Below, one piece after another: positions 7,282 through 15,845 of a stretch of 32,000 nt of DNA (its first letter is position 1; each line of letters starts with the position of its first letter). Under the pieces are notes generated by a model. The model was not told where the DNA came from and made no database searches. It saw only the letters and a program-made list of their open reading frames with translations. The stretch comes from Candidatus Saccharimonadota bacterium (GTDB lineage: Bacteria > Pseudomonadota > Alphaproteobacteria > CAJXXZ01 > 1604HC): the NCBI RefSeq assembly GCF_008189525.1, contig NZ_CP043314.1, positions 510,001 to 542,000 on the forward strand, given 5' to 3'. The translations under genes and the position numbers were made by a program.

Positions 7282-9011
7282 CCAAGAGAGTAAGTTTGAA
7301 TAGCATTTACAATATCGCCAAGCATTTAATGTTTGGGTTAGTTTTCACAAATATCCAGAATATAAAATGTGGAGATGATACTGATAGATTCTGCAAATCA
7401 CTTTCAACAGCAGCTCAATGTGGAAGAGTTGTAGAATTTGCACAAATGTCAGAATACGATCAAAGAATATACACTAAGATGTCTTCCAGAATTGGATTTA
7501 GCAAATATAGCAAAGAGGCTTGCAAATCTAGCTTCCTAGGATTAAAAAGAGAAACAACAGATTCAGGATTAAATGAAGAAAATGTTTGCAAAACATTAAG
7601 ATTTCTAATAGATGAAGTAAAAGTAGATTCTAGGTTTGCGCTTAAAGATGGAGAAAAAAGGAAGCAATTCGAAAGCAGCTCAAGTGAGCCTGAGGACGTG
7701 TCAGATTTAGCTGCAGATGAATTATTGAGAAAGTACCAAGAATCAGAACCACATGAAAGATCTGATATGAAAAAACGATATCTTATATATAAATACTTAG
7801 AAGCATACAAGCTTCATATAAGAAAAAACAGGGATTTTAGGGACTCAGACCACAAAGATTTGACAACAATATTCAGAAATATGGATCTTTCTATTCAAAG
7901 ACACATGACCTCTCTATCCGTTTGTGCCAAGGAAGCAAATGAAAAGCAAACTTTACTTACATTAGAGAAAATGAATACTTCTGTTCAAGAAAGATTGAAT
8001 AAGTTTCTTAGAAATTACTTTACAGAAAGTTTAGAAGCATTTAAAGAAAATATCGAAAAAAACAAGAATATTGGCTCAGAACTTAAACTTTTAGATGAAA
8101 GATACAAAGTAGATCTTGAAAATATAGAATATATTGAAAGCACTAAACAGGTTATTAAAAACCTTGAGATACAAATAAATACCTCTGAACACAGAAAGAC
8201 CTATGCAATTCTTAAAGCTAACTTTCTTACTTTTAGAAAAAGTCTTGAGAAGCTTCCAACACTTAAAGATAAGCTTGAATTTAATAGTGAAATGGATCTT
8301 GAAAGCATTATAGACCTTAAGAAAGAATTGAGCTCAAAGATCGAGCTTAACTTACTAGACTACTCCGCAAAACTTTCAGAAATGTATACACATAAATGGA
8401 CAGCGCAAATTTTTCTAAAAGGGTTGGAATCTAAAGAAAAGAAAGATGAATACACATTGGATCTTTTCAAAGATTGGGAAGAAAAATTCTGGAACATGAT
8501 TAACTCTAAACAATCAGAAAAAAATGAAGATTCAAGATCCAACAAGAGAACATCAACATATAAAAACAATACATTATTAAATATGTTTCAAAACTCTAAT
8601 GAACCCTCAAGCAGCTCTACAGAAGAATCTCCAAAATCTAAACCTTTGGTCAAATTAAGCTTAAAAGCGGAAAATGAAGCAATTTTAAAATCTTATAAAT
8701 CACTTAAAGAAGCAAATGTGAAATTAGAAACAACTAATAAAATTCTGGATATATATTTCATGCTTCATTCTAGAAATGACTCAGAAGATGCAAGCGATGG
8801 AAAAGAAATGACCACAAGCTTAGAACAAAAAACATATTCTTCTAGCGACATAAAATCAGAGAGCATGCCAAAAGCAAGCACAGATGAAGCAAAAATTACA
8901 ATTGAAGATTTATTAAATGAATTAGATCTTTTGGATATAAAGTTTGAAGGAAAGAAATACGTACAAAATTACGCAGCATTGGCAGCAAACTACGCAAAAG
9001 TATATCCTTGA
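7278..9011 (+). CDS. Hypothetical protein, 577 aa, no recognisable family (ORFan B). Has an N-terminal Cys motif and is otherwise K/E/S-rich and coiled-coil-like.
   Basis: Long ORF, translationally coupled to ORFan A. Weakly hydrophobic N-terminus (IAKHLMFGLVFT). This is followed by CGDDTDRFCKSLSTAAQCGRVVEF, then long helical heptad-like K/E/L-rich sequence and an S/E-rich low-complexity region. Confidence 0.75.
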   Translation: MTKRVSLNSIYNIAKHLMFGLVFTNIQNIKCGDDTDRFCKSLSTAAQCGRVVEFAQMSEYDQRIYTKMSSRIGFSKYSKEACKSSFLGLKRETTDSGLNEENVCKTLRFLIDEVKVDSRFALKDGEKRKQFESSSSEPEDVSDLAADELLRKYQESEPHERSDMKKRYLIYKYLEAYKLHIRKNRDFRDSDHKDLTTIFRNMDLSIQRHMTSLSVCAKEANEKQTLLTLEKMNTSVQERLNKFLRNYFTESLEAFKENIEKNKNIGSELKLLDERYKVDLENIEYIESTKQVIKNLEIQINTSEHRKTYAILKANFLTFRKSLEKLPTLKDKLEFNSEMDLESIIDLKKELSSKIELNLLDYSAKLSEMYTHKWTAQIFLKGLESKEKKDEYTLDLFKDWEEKFWNMINSKQSEKNEDSRSNKRTSTYKNNTLLNMFQNSNEPSSSSTEESPKSKPLVKLSLKAENEAILKSYKSLKEANVKLETTNKILDIYFMLHSRNDSEDASDGKEMTTSLEQKTYSSSDIKSESMPKASTDEAKITIEDLLNELDLLDIKFEGKKYVQNYAALAANYAKVYP

Positions 9012-9173
9012 ATCATATGAACTGTTAACAAACTTCCCTGTATCTCATAAAGACTGCCCTAGCTTATATTTACTGATACTAATTATTGTAAAATTCAACC
9101 ACCCTTATATAATTTTAAATCCACTACATAACACTAATTAAACTTTATTTATTCTCCTTGCTCTTGAAGCACT

Positions 9174-9208
9174 AACAATTAAACTTGAACAGTTATCTAA
9201 TTGTTTTT
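9174..9208. terminator. Candidate AT-rich hairpin terminator in the convergent spacer between ORFan B and miaA
   Basis: AACAATTA (9174-9181) pairs with TAATTGTT (9198-9205) and is followed by TTT. The hairpin is nested inside an outer CTTGAAG (9163-9169) / CTTCAAG (9217-9223) pair. All-AT stems of this size are common by chance in this composition. Confidence 0.25.
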
Positions 9209-9280
9209 AAGAAAAACTTCAAGCATAAAAAATAAAATTACTTACAAAGTGACTTATAAACTAAACAGCTTTATAAAATT

Positions 9281-10102
9281 TCATATAACTTCATCAAATG
9301 TCATTTGCCACCTGAACCAAGTTCTTTGTCTTTTTGCATACTGCATTGTCCTGACAAGCATTCTATCTTTCACTTCATCAAGTCCTATTTCTTTATTTAA
9401 GTAAGACCTTATCTCCCTAAAACCTATGATAGACTCTATGTGATGCGGCATATTTTCTTGTAATCTTTGTGCTTCTATAACTTCTTCAATTGCCCTTGGA
9501 AACATAAATTCTATTCTCTTTTTCGCTTTCTGTAATGTTTTTTCTTTATCAGATGAAATCATGATTTTGTAAAATTCTACATCATCAATTAATTTAGTTC
9601 TTTTCTGTTTATGCCACCATGAAATACTCTTACCAGTAGAGATCATTATGTTAAGATATCTTATCATTCTGAACCTATCACCAATAAAGAATTTGAAACT
9701 ATCATCTAAAGAAATACATTTCGCATACAGATCTTCATTAGACATTGAGCTCAACAATGGATCATTTTCTATTTCAGGTATTGGTATAATCCCTTCTGTA
9801 AGTATTTTTAAATACAACCCAGTCCCTCCTACTATTACCGGCTGCTTATCTAAGTTTCCCAAAAGATTTTTAAGATCTCTAATCCACTTCATTACATTAA
9901 TCTGCTCAGAATAATCGTAAGATCCATACATATAATGATCTTCGAGATTCTTTGGAATATCGGATAAAGTAGGAATTATATTATAGAATTGCTTGCTATC
10001 AGAATTAATTATTGCTTTTTTTTCTTTTATAAAATTTTCAGCATAAGCAGACTTGCCACTCGCAGTAGAACCAGCAATTATGTATACTTTTTTAAACTTC
10101 AT
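9281..10102 (-). CDS. miaA: tRNA dimethylallyltransferase
   Basis: P-loop IIAGSTASGKSAYA, plus VIVGGTGLY and the C-terminal YAKRQRTWFR motif. 273 aa, which is short for the family. Confidence 0.9.
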   Translation of the reverse strand: MKFKKVYIIAGSTASGKSAYAENFIKEKKAIINSDSKQFYNIIPTLSDIPKNLEDHYMYGSYDYSEQINVMKWIRDLKNLLGNLDKQPVIVGGTGLYLKILTEGIIPIPEIENDPLLSSMSNEDLYAKCISLDDSFKFFIGDRFRMIRYLNIMISTGKSISWWHKQKRTKLIDDVEFYKIMISSDKEKTLQKAKKRIEFMFPRAIEEVIEAQRLQENMPHHIESIIGFREIRSYLNKEIGLDEVKDRMLVRTMQYAKRQRTWFRWQMTFDEVI

Positions 10103-10211
10103 AAATAAATCTTTCTAAATCAAAATTAAATCTCAGCATAATATCATAAAACATGACTGTGTAACACGAAAATTATCATTAACTCTAATTATGTCTAATG
10201 TAAATGTAAAT

Positions 10212-11018
10212 TTATCTTGTATATTCAATGACATATGCACTCCTACCATTAGAAAATGCTTTTCTAGCATATGTAGTTTTGTACTCAAATTCAGAAATAT
10301 TTTTACACTCATATCTAGCCAAAGAACCACCTGTGAAATCTATATCACATAACATTCTATACATTCCATCAGCAATTTCTTTTATATCAGATGCAAAAAT
10401 AAACTTACCTCCAGTTTTTAAGGATCTAAACAAAAGCAAATCCAAGTTAGGCAAATTGTAACACCTTCTTTTACTGTGCTTAAACTTAGGCCATGGATCT
10501 GGAAAAAGCATAAAAATTTTATCAACAGAAGCATTTGGAACTTTTCGTAATATATCTTGATAAAAAGCAAGGAATAGCCTTGTTCTTTCTGAAGCTTTTC
10601 TAGCTTCTACTTCACCTAAAATTGAATTTATTTTCTCTACTGCCCCATAAATCCCAGGCTTAAATATCTCACAACCTAAAATAAGTGCGTCAGAATTCTT
10701 TAAATGATGCATCAAGCTGTCACCAGATCCGAAACCTAAATCCAAAAACAGCTCAGATCTTTTCTCCAAATCTTTATAGAAATTTATGCCTTCTAGCATG
10801 TGCTCTGATCTGTTTATAGTATTTGTAGCACTTAATATGTCTAAAACATTTGCAGAGTCCTCAACACAAATTCTTTCATTATCAAATTCATTACAAACAT
10901 CTTCGAAATCAAAATAATCTCTGATATATTTATTGTCACTATATATAGGTATAGTAACCTGATTTACCTGATTAATTGCTTTTTTTAATTTTCTACTTCT
11001 TCCAACAGACCAATTCAT
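10212..11018 (-). CDS. trmB: tRNA (guanine46-N7)-methyltransferase
   Basis: SAM-binding LDLGFGSGDS and the family motif LFPDPWPKFKHSKRR. Has an N-terminal extension of roughly 70 aa compared with typical TrmB. Confidence 0.85.
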   Translation of the reverse strand: MNWSVGRSRKLKKAINQVNQVTIPIYSDNKYIRDYFDFEDVCNEFDNERICVEDSANVLDILSATNTINRSEHMLEGINFYKDLEKRSELFLDLGFGSGDSLMHHLKNSDALILGCEIFKPGIYGAVEKINSILGEVEARKASERTRLFLAFYQDILRKVPNASVDKIFMLFPDPWPKFKHSKRRCYNLPNLDLLLFRSLKTGGKFIFASDIKEIADGMYRMLCDIDFTGGSLARYECKNISEFEYKTTYARKAFSNGRSAYVIEYTR

Positions 11019-11067
11019 ATTTTTAGTATTTTCTTTTTTGCAATTATAGCATAATATTTATTTTGTT

Positions 11068-11140
11068 GGGCCTGTAGTTCAGCGGTTAGAACGCATCGCT
11101 TATAACGGTGTTGTCACAGGTTCGATTCCTGTCAGGCCCA
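11068..11140 (+). tRNA. tRNA-Ile, anticodon UAU (reads AUA)
   Basis: Hand-folded. Acceptor is GGGCCTG/CAGGCCC with discriminator A, the acceptor typical of bacterial tRNA-Ile. D arm is GTTC-AGCGGTTA-GAAC. Anticodon stem is CATCG/CGGTG with loop C-T-TAT-A-A (anticodon 11101-11103). Variable loop is TTGTC. T arm is ACAGG-TTCGATT-CCTGT. No CCA is encoded. Confidence 0.85.
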
Positions 11141-11208
11141 TTTATTAAACTTACTAAATTAAACATGCACTAAACAAAACTTCATTATCATGATATTCAA
11201 TAAAAGAA

Positions 11209-12564
11209 GTGATATTTAGCAAAGAGATTTTTTTCAAGACATTTGGATTTTATCCATCTAAACAGTTTTCTGGAATAGAAATAGATAGCAGGAAAGTTAA
11301 ACCTGGGAATATATTTTTCTGCATAAAAGGAAAAATAAATGATGGACATGATTTTGCTAAAGAAGCATTAGAAAAAGGAGCTTCTTATATTGTTGTTTCA
11401 AAGCCTATATCTATTGCATTTCCTGCTCCTGAATCTATTCAAGACACTCATACTAAGCTTAGCCCACACAATGCCAGTTTTAATCATGGCTTGGTTTATA
11501 AGACAGAATTAATAAAAGAAAATCAAATACTAACAAAAGATACAGAAGAAGTTCTGACTAGATTATTAATAAACTTAAGAAACTCAATTAAATCTACTAT
11601 ACTAGCAATAACTGGAAGCTGTGGAAAAACATCAACGAAAGAGAAAATATTGTGTGCATTCAAAGAAAAAGACATACTAGGCACTCCAGGAAATTATAAC
11701 ACTATACTTGGACTAGCAATATTTCTGTCTAGTATAGAAAAAGAACCTGAATACTTAGCACTTGAGCTTGGAATTAATAAACCAAACGAAATGGATGAAA
11801 TATCTGCGATAATAAAACCACACTACAGTATAATAACATCCATAGGTCCAGCTCATATTGGTAATTTCAAGAATGTAAACCACATAAGATCAGAAAAGCT
11901 CAAAATAGCAAAACATACACAAAAAATAACATTTGTACCAAAAGATACAAATAAAGCTATTATAGAGACTTTAAATTGCTCTGTAATTAAGGAAGAAGAC
12001 CTGAAAAGCAAAACCCTAGATTCTTTAGCAGATCAAGACTTTACCCACAATGCGATATTAAAGATATCAGATGAAGAAAAGCTAAAACATGCAAGAAAAA
12101 ATATCAAAAGTTATTCAACACCAAAAGGAAGAAATAATTTAGTAAAAATAAAATTCGATGACAAAGAAATCACTCTAATAGATGGAAGTTATAACTGCAA
12201 TCCAATGTCATTACAATTTTCCCTATCAAAACTTGAAAGCTTTTCTATATATAACTGTAAAAAAGAAAATATAAGAAAAATAGCAATAATAGGAGAAATG
12301 AAAGAGCTAGGAAAGCATACTCAGAAATATCATGAATTAGATTTAAATTTCAAAGGATTATTAATACTTTTAGAAGAAACACCAAATCTTTGGAAAACTA
12401 AAAAAGGAATGATTTTTAAAGATTGGGTACAAATATGCCATTTCTTAAAACAAAACATACAAGACAAAGATGTGATTCTTGCAAAAGGAAGCAACTCGAC
12501 TGATATAAAAAAAATAACTCAATGGATAGAAGATTTGCAGAAAAGTAAATATTCCATAAAATAA
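11209..12564 (+). CDS. murF: UDP-N-acetylmuramoyl-tripeptide--D-alanyl-D-alanine ligase
   Basis: N-terminal IDSRKVKPGNIFFCIKGKINDGHDF, Mur-ligase P-loop ITGSCGKTSTKE, and the MurF-type motif DGSYNCNPMS. Sits directly upstream of mraY. Apparent GTG start at 11209. Confidence 0.88.
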   Translation: MIFSKEIFFKTFGFYPSKQFSGIEIDSRKVKPGNIFFCIKGKINDGHDFAKEALEKGASYIVVSKPISIAFPAPESIQDTHTKLSPHNASFNHGLVYKTELIKENQILTKDTEEVLTRLLINLRNSIKSTILAITGSCGKTSTKEKILCAFKEKDILGTPGNYNTILGLAIFLSSIEKEPEYLALELGINKPNEMDEISAIIKPHYSIITSIGPAHIGNFKNVNHIRSEKLKIAKHTQKITFVPKDTNKAIIETLNCSVIKEEDLKSKTLDSLADQDFTHNAILKISDEEKLKHARKNIKSYSTPKGRNNLVKIKFDDKEITLIDGSYNCNPMSLQFSLSKLESFSIYNCKKENIRKIAIIGEMKELGKHTQKYHELDLNFKGLLILLEETPNLWKTKKGMIFKDWVQICHFLKQNIQDKDVILAKGSNSTDIKKITQWIEDLQKSKYSIK

Positions 12565-12580
12565 ACACTCCATAAGAAAA

Positions 12581-12602
12581 AATACTCTACAAATACTCTA
12601 CA
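12581..12602. repeat. Perfect 11-bp tandem duplication (AATACTCTACA x2) in the murF-mraY spacer
   Basis: Read directly: 12581-12591 is identical to 12592-12602. Confidence 0.8.
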
Positions 12603-12751
12603 ACTTACAATTCAAATCAATAATTCAGAACAAGTTTATATGCACTAAAACAATTTAATTGTAAGATATAAATATAATTTTTTCTGTTTGGCACACTATA
12701 GCTATGCAATGATAGTTTTATGTCTAATTTTATAGAAAGAGGGCAGTAATT

Positions 12752-13873
12752 ATGTTTTTATACTCCAGTTTTATTATAGAACTAACCAATGAAATCACAA
12801 AGGCAGCAAAAAGACTAATGCCATTTAAAGTATCAGCAGATTCTGCTATGAATTTCTTTATATCATTCTCAATATACTTAATTCCTATTATATTTTCTTA
12901 CCTATTAACCAGATATTCTATTTCTGCATTCCTGTCAAACAAGAGTAATAATGCAAAATTTTCGCAACCAATATCTAAATTCATAGAAGCTCACAACAAG
13001 AAGAATGTACCAATTTTTGGCGGTGTGTTTATGCTCATATCATTACTTATCTCTACTTTACTAATAATTATAATGAAAAATTTATTGCATACATTTTGCC
13101 CATCTTTTTTTATAATCTTTAGAAAGTTAACAATATTTTCTATGCAATCTCTTTTTCCTGTATGTCTAGCAGTATCCTTTGCAGCAATAGGATTTATAGA
13201 TGATTTACAAAAAGTAAAATATAGAAAAAATTCTGCAATGAGCGCCAAAACAAAATTTTTATTACAAATAATTACTGCTTCTATTTGTGTGATTCTATTT
13301 AGAAAAGTAAATCCTTTATCAAATCTGTCATATATAGATAAAATTTCTACTACAAGCAGCAGTGACTTGAATTTTCTAAGCTTAGCATGGCAAGTATTTG
13401 TAATAGTAGGAACAGCAAATGCTGTAAACTTAACTGATGGAATTGATGGATTGGCTGGGAATGTTTCTAAGATATGTATTATATTGCTAGGATTTATATC
13501 TAATAAAAATGCATATCTATGTTTTTGTATGGTAAGCATAATTAATGCTTTTTTGAGATTCAATAACAATCCAGCAAAAATTTTCATGGGAGATACTGGA
13601 TCTTTGCTATTAGGCTCGTTCATGTCTGGAGTGGCTCTAGAATCTGGTGTCGAATGGACATTTGCTATTTCAGGAGGAGTATTTATTATGGAGACATTAT
13701 CTGTGATTTTACAAATAGCTTCAGTCAAATTGTTCAAAAAAAGAATTTTCCCAATAACTCCTATACATCACTACTTCGAAAAACATTATACAGAAAAAGA
13801 AATTGTATATTATGCCAAGAAAATCACTTTATTTCTTTCTTTCATTGCATTAATGATTTCTTTATTGAATTAG
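12752..13873 (+). CDS. mraY: Phospho-N-acetylmuramoyl-pentapeptide transferase
   Basis: GFIDDLQKV, NAVNLTDGIDGLA, FMGDTGSLLLG and PIHHYFEK motifs. Polytopic membrane protein in the murF-mraY-murD order. Confidence 0.92.
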   Translation: MFLYSSFIIELTNEITKAAKRLMPFKVSADSAMNFFISFSIYLIPIIFSYLLTRYSISAFLSNKSNNAKFSQPISKFIEAHNKKNVPIFGGVFMLISLLISTLLIIIMKNLLHTFCPSFFIIFRKLTIFSMQSLFPVCLAVSFAAIGFIDDLQKVKYRKNSAMSAKTKFLLQIITASICVILFRKVNPLSNLSYIDKISTTSSSDLNFLSLAWQVFVIVGTANAVNLTDGIDGLAGNVSKICIILLGFISNKNAYLCFCMVSIINAFLRFNNNPAKIFMGDTGSLLLGSFMSGVALESGVEWTFAISGGVFIMETLSVILQIASVKLFKKRIFPITPIHHYFEKHYTEKEIVYYAKKITLFLSFIALMISLLN

Positions 13874-13981
13874 CCTTTTAAATACTTACACACATTATTA
13901 AATTAGTTATATTTGGATAAATACTGACAAAATATTTATTAGCATATATAGACTACAAAAATTTAAGTATAATCGCAGTAT

Positions 13982-15703
13982 ATGAGTGGTTATTTAATCC
14001 TTGGGCTGGGCATTTCTAACTTAGGAGCTGTAAAGCTTCTTACAAAGCTACAAAAGAAAATATTTATCTGGGATGACAATTTGGAATTAACTAAGCTTGT
14101 ACACAAAAAATATCCAGGAACCATAGTGTTCGATGATTCCTATGAACCTGAAATTAAATTTGTAGTTCTTAGTCCTGGTATTAAAAGCCATAAATTTCTG
14201 TATGATTCAAAGATAAAACTAAATGAAGTGGATTTATTATTTAAGTTTAACAAAATCAGACAGGCTATAGGATGTACAGGAAGCTTTAACAAAACTACTA
14301 GTGTTCTCAATATATCCCAAATCATGAATTTACATTATGAGAAATTATATATCTCTGAAAAAGAAAAACGTAAAGATACAAAGCTAAAAGAAACCTCAGA
14401 AAAGAAAAACAATCCAGACAAAATTATACATTGTGGAAACATAGGCATTTCCTGTTCTTCAATAGAATCAGATAATGTGATTGTAGAACTTTCTTCTTAT
14501 CAGCTTGAAACTATAAAAAATGCTCATTTTGACTTAGGAATAATCACAAATATAAAACCACATCATTTTGACAGATATGATAATTTGAAAGACTATAGAA
14601 ATGCTAAATTCAATTTAATGAATATGAGCAAAAAGGTGCTTTTAGATTATGAACTACTAAGTGATGCAAAGCAATTTCTAAAGCCAAACCTAACGCAAGA
14701 TTTACACTCAAACGTAAAACTATCTAAATTATCTAAACACTATGAATCAAATAAGCCTATGAATCAAAATGAAAGCACAAATTCAAAAGAAATGTTACAC
14801 AAAGTCCCAGAAATACTTACCATGTCTTGCTCAGAAACAGATGCAGATTTCTGTTTTAAAATGGGGAAAATATATGAAAATGGACAGGAAGTTCTTCAAA
14901 TAAACTCTAGCAATGATTCTAATGAAATCAATGCTGATATAAATACAAACAAAAATGTAAATTATACCAGTGAATCTACTAATATAACCGATATAAATCT
15001 ATGCACATATGCTGCATGTAGGATTCTAGGATTAAGTCCTAACTTTATACTGGATAGCTTTGCAAAGTTAAATCCTTTAGAGCACAGAAGAGAGAAATTA
15101 GCACACAAAAGTAAATTTATTGGAGAAATAATAAATGATAGTAAAAGCACCAACTTAATATGCTCAAGGCACATTATAAAAGGGTACACAAATATTATCT
15201 GGATAGCTGGAGGGAAGCTCACAAGAGATTTAAAATCACTTCACCAAAACCAATTAAGTATAAATCAACTAAGCGCAGATTTGCATGGTACAGATTCACG
15301 AAAACATAAAGAAAAGGCAGAATTTTCAGAGGGGATCTTAAGCAATACTGAGACAGAGCAAGCTGGATTTTCTATAGAAACTTTTCCTTTTAAAAACATA
15401 AAAAAAGCATACTTCTTCGGTGAAAATTCTTCACTAATGCATGAAATTTTTAAAAACGAAATAAACTGCGAAATCAAAAAAGATCTGAATGAGATTTTTA
15501 CAAATATAAAAGAAATAGTTGAAAATCAGAAAATTGCAAAACAGCAAAATTGTGAGAATTCAAAAATAAACATAAAAAAAGAAAAACAAACTAGCTTAGA
15601 TAAAATAAATATAATTTTTTCTCCAGGCGCACCATCTCAGGATATGTACAAAAATTTCGAACAAAGAGGCAGACATTTCAAAGATATATTTAGTGGATTT
15701 TAG
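13982..15703 (+). CDS. murD: UDP-N-acetylmuramoylalanine--D-glutamate ligase, unusually long (573 aa) because of several low-complexity inserts
   Basis: N-terminal ILGLGISNLG, plus ELSSYQLE, HHFDRY, HRREKL, INDSKSTN and the C-terminal FSPGAPSQDMYKNFEQRGRHF. The P-loop reads TGSFNKTT. Gene order also supports the call. Confidence 0.85.
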   Translation: MSGYLILGLGISNLGAVKLLTKLQKKIFIWDDNLELTKLVHKKYPGTIVFDDSYEPEIKFVVLSPGIKSHKFLYDSKIKLNEVDLLFKFNKIRQAIGCTGSFNKTTSVLNISQIMNLHYEKLYISEKEKRKDTKLKETSEKKNNPDKIIHCGNIGISCSSIESDNVIVELSSYQLETIKNAHFDLGIITNIKPHHFDRYDNLKDYRNAKFNLMNMSKKVLLDYELLSDAKQFLKPNLTQDLHSNVKLSKLSKHYESNKPMNQNESTNSKEMLHKVPEILTMSCSETDADFCFKMGKIYENGQEVLQINSSNDSNEINADINTNKNVNYTSESTNITDINLCTYAACRILGLSPNFILDSFAKLNPLEHRREKLAHKSKFIGEIINDSKSTNLICSRHIIKGYTNIIWIAGGKLTRDLKSLHQNQLSINQLSADLHGTDSRKHKEKAEFSEGILSNTETEQAGFSIETFPFKNIKKAYFFGENSSLMHEIFKNEINCEIKKDLNEIFTNIKEIVENQKIAKQQNCENSKINIKKEKQTSLDKINIIFSPGAPSQDMYKNFEQRGRHFKDIFSGF

Positions 15704-15845
15704 AAAATAGTAATATGAAGCTAACAGTAAATTTCATCCCTACCCTAACTATAAAAAAAACTTTACACAAATAATTTTCTCAAATTTTAATAATTTATCA
15801 TAAATTCTGTTTTTTTTGACACATAATAATGATTTAATATATTTG

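Noticed and set aside
9053-9060. 8-mer ACTGCCCT in the spacer after ORFan B that matches the anticodon arm of the upstream tRNA-Glu, considered as a possible island boundary (attR)
   Set aside because: Only 8 nt match, and the match is to the wrong part of the tRNA, since integrases normally duplicate the 3' end. No integrase is present. I therefore cannot support calling 5238-9280 a tRNA-targeted genomic island from sequence repeats alone.
8944-9404. Track ORFs 8944-9141 (+), 9201-9404 (+), 10133-10330 (-) and 13654-13881 (+), which straddle gene ends and spacers
   Set aside because: They are short and overlap the ends of well-supported genes. They have no motifs and an AT-driven composition, so I treat them as chance ORFs.
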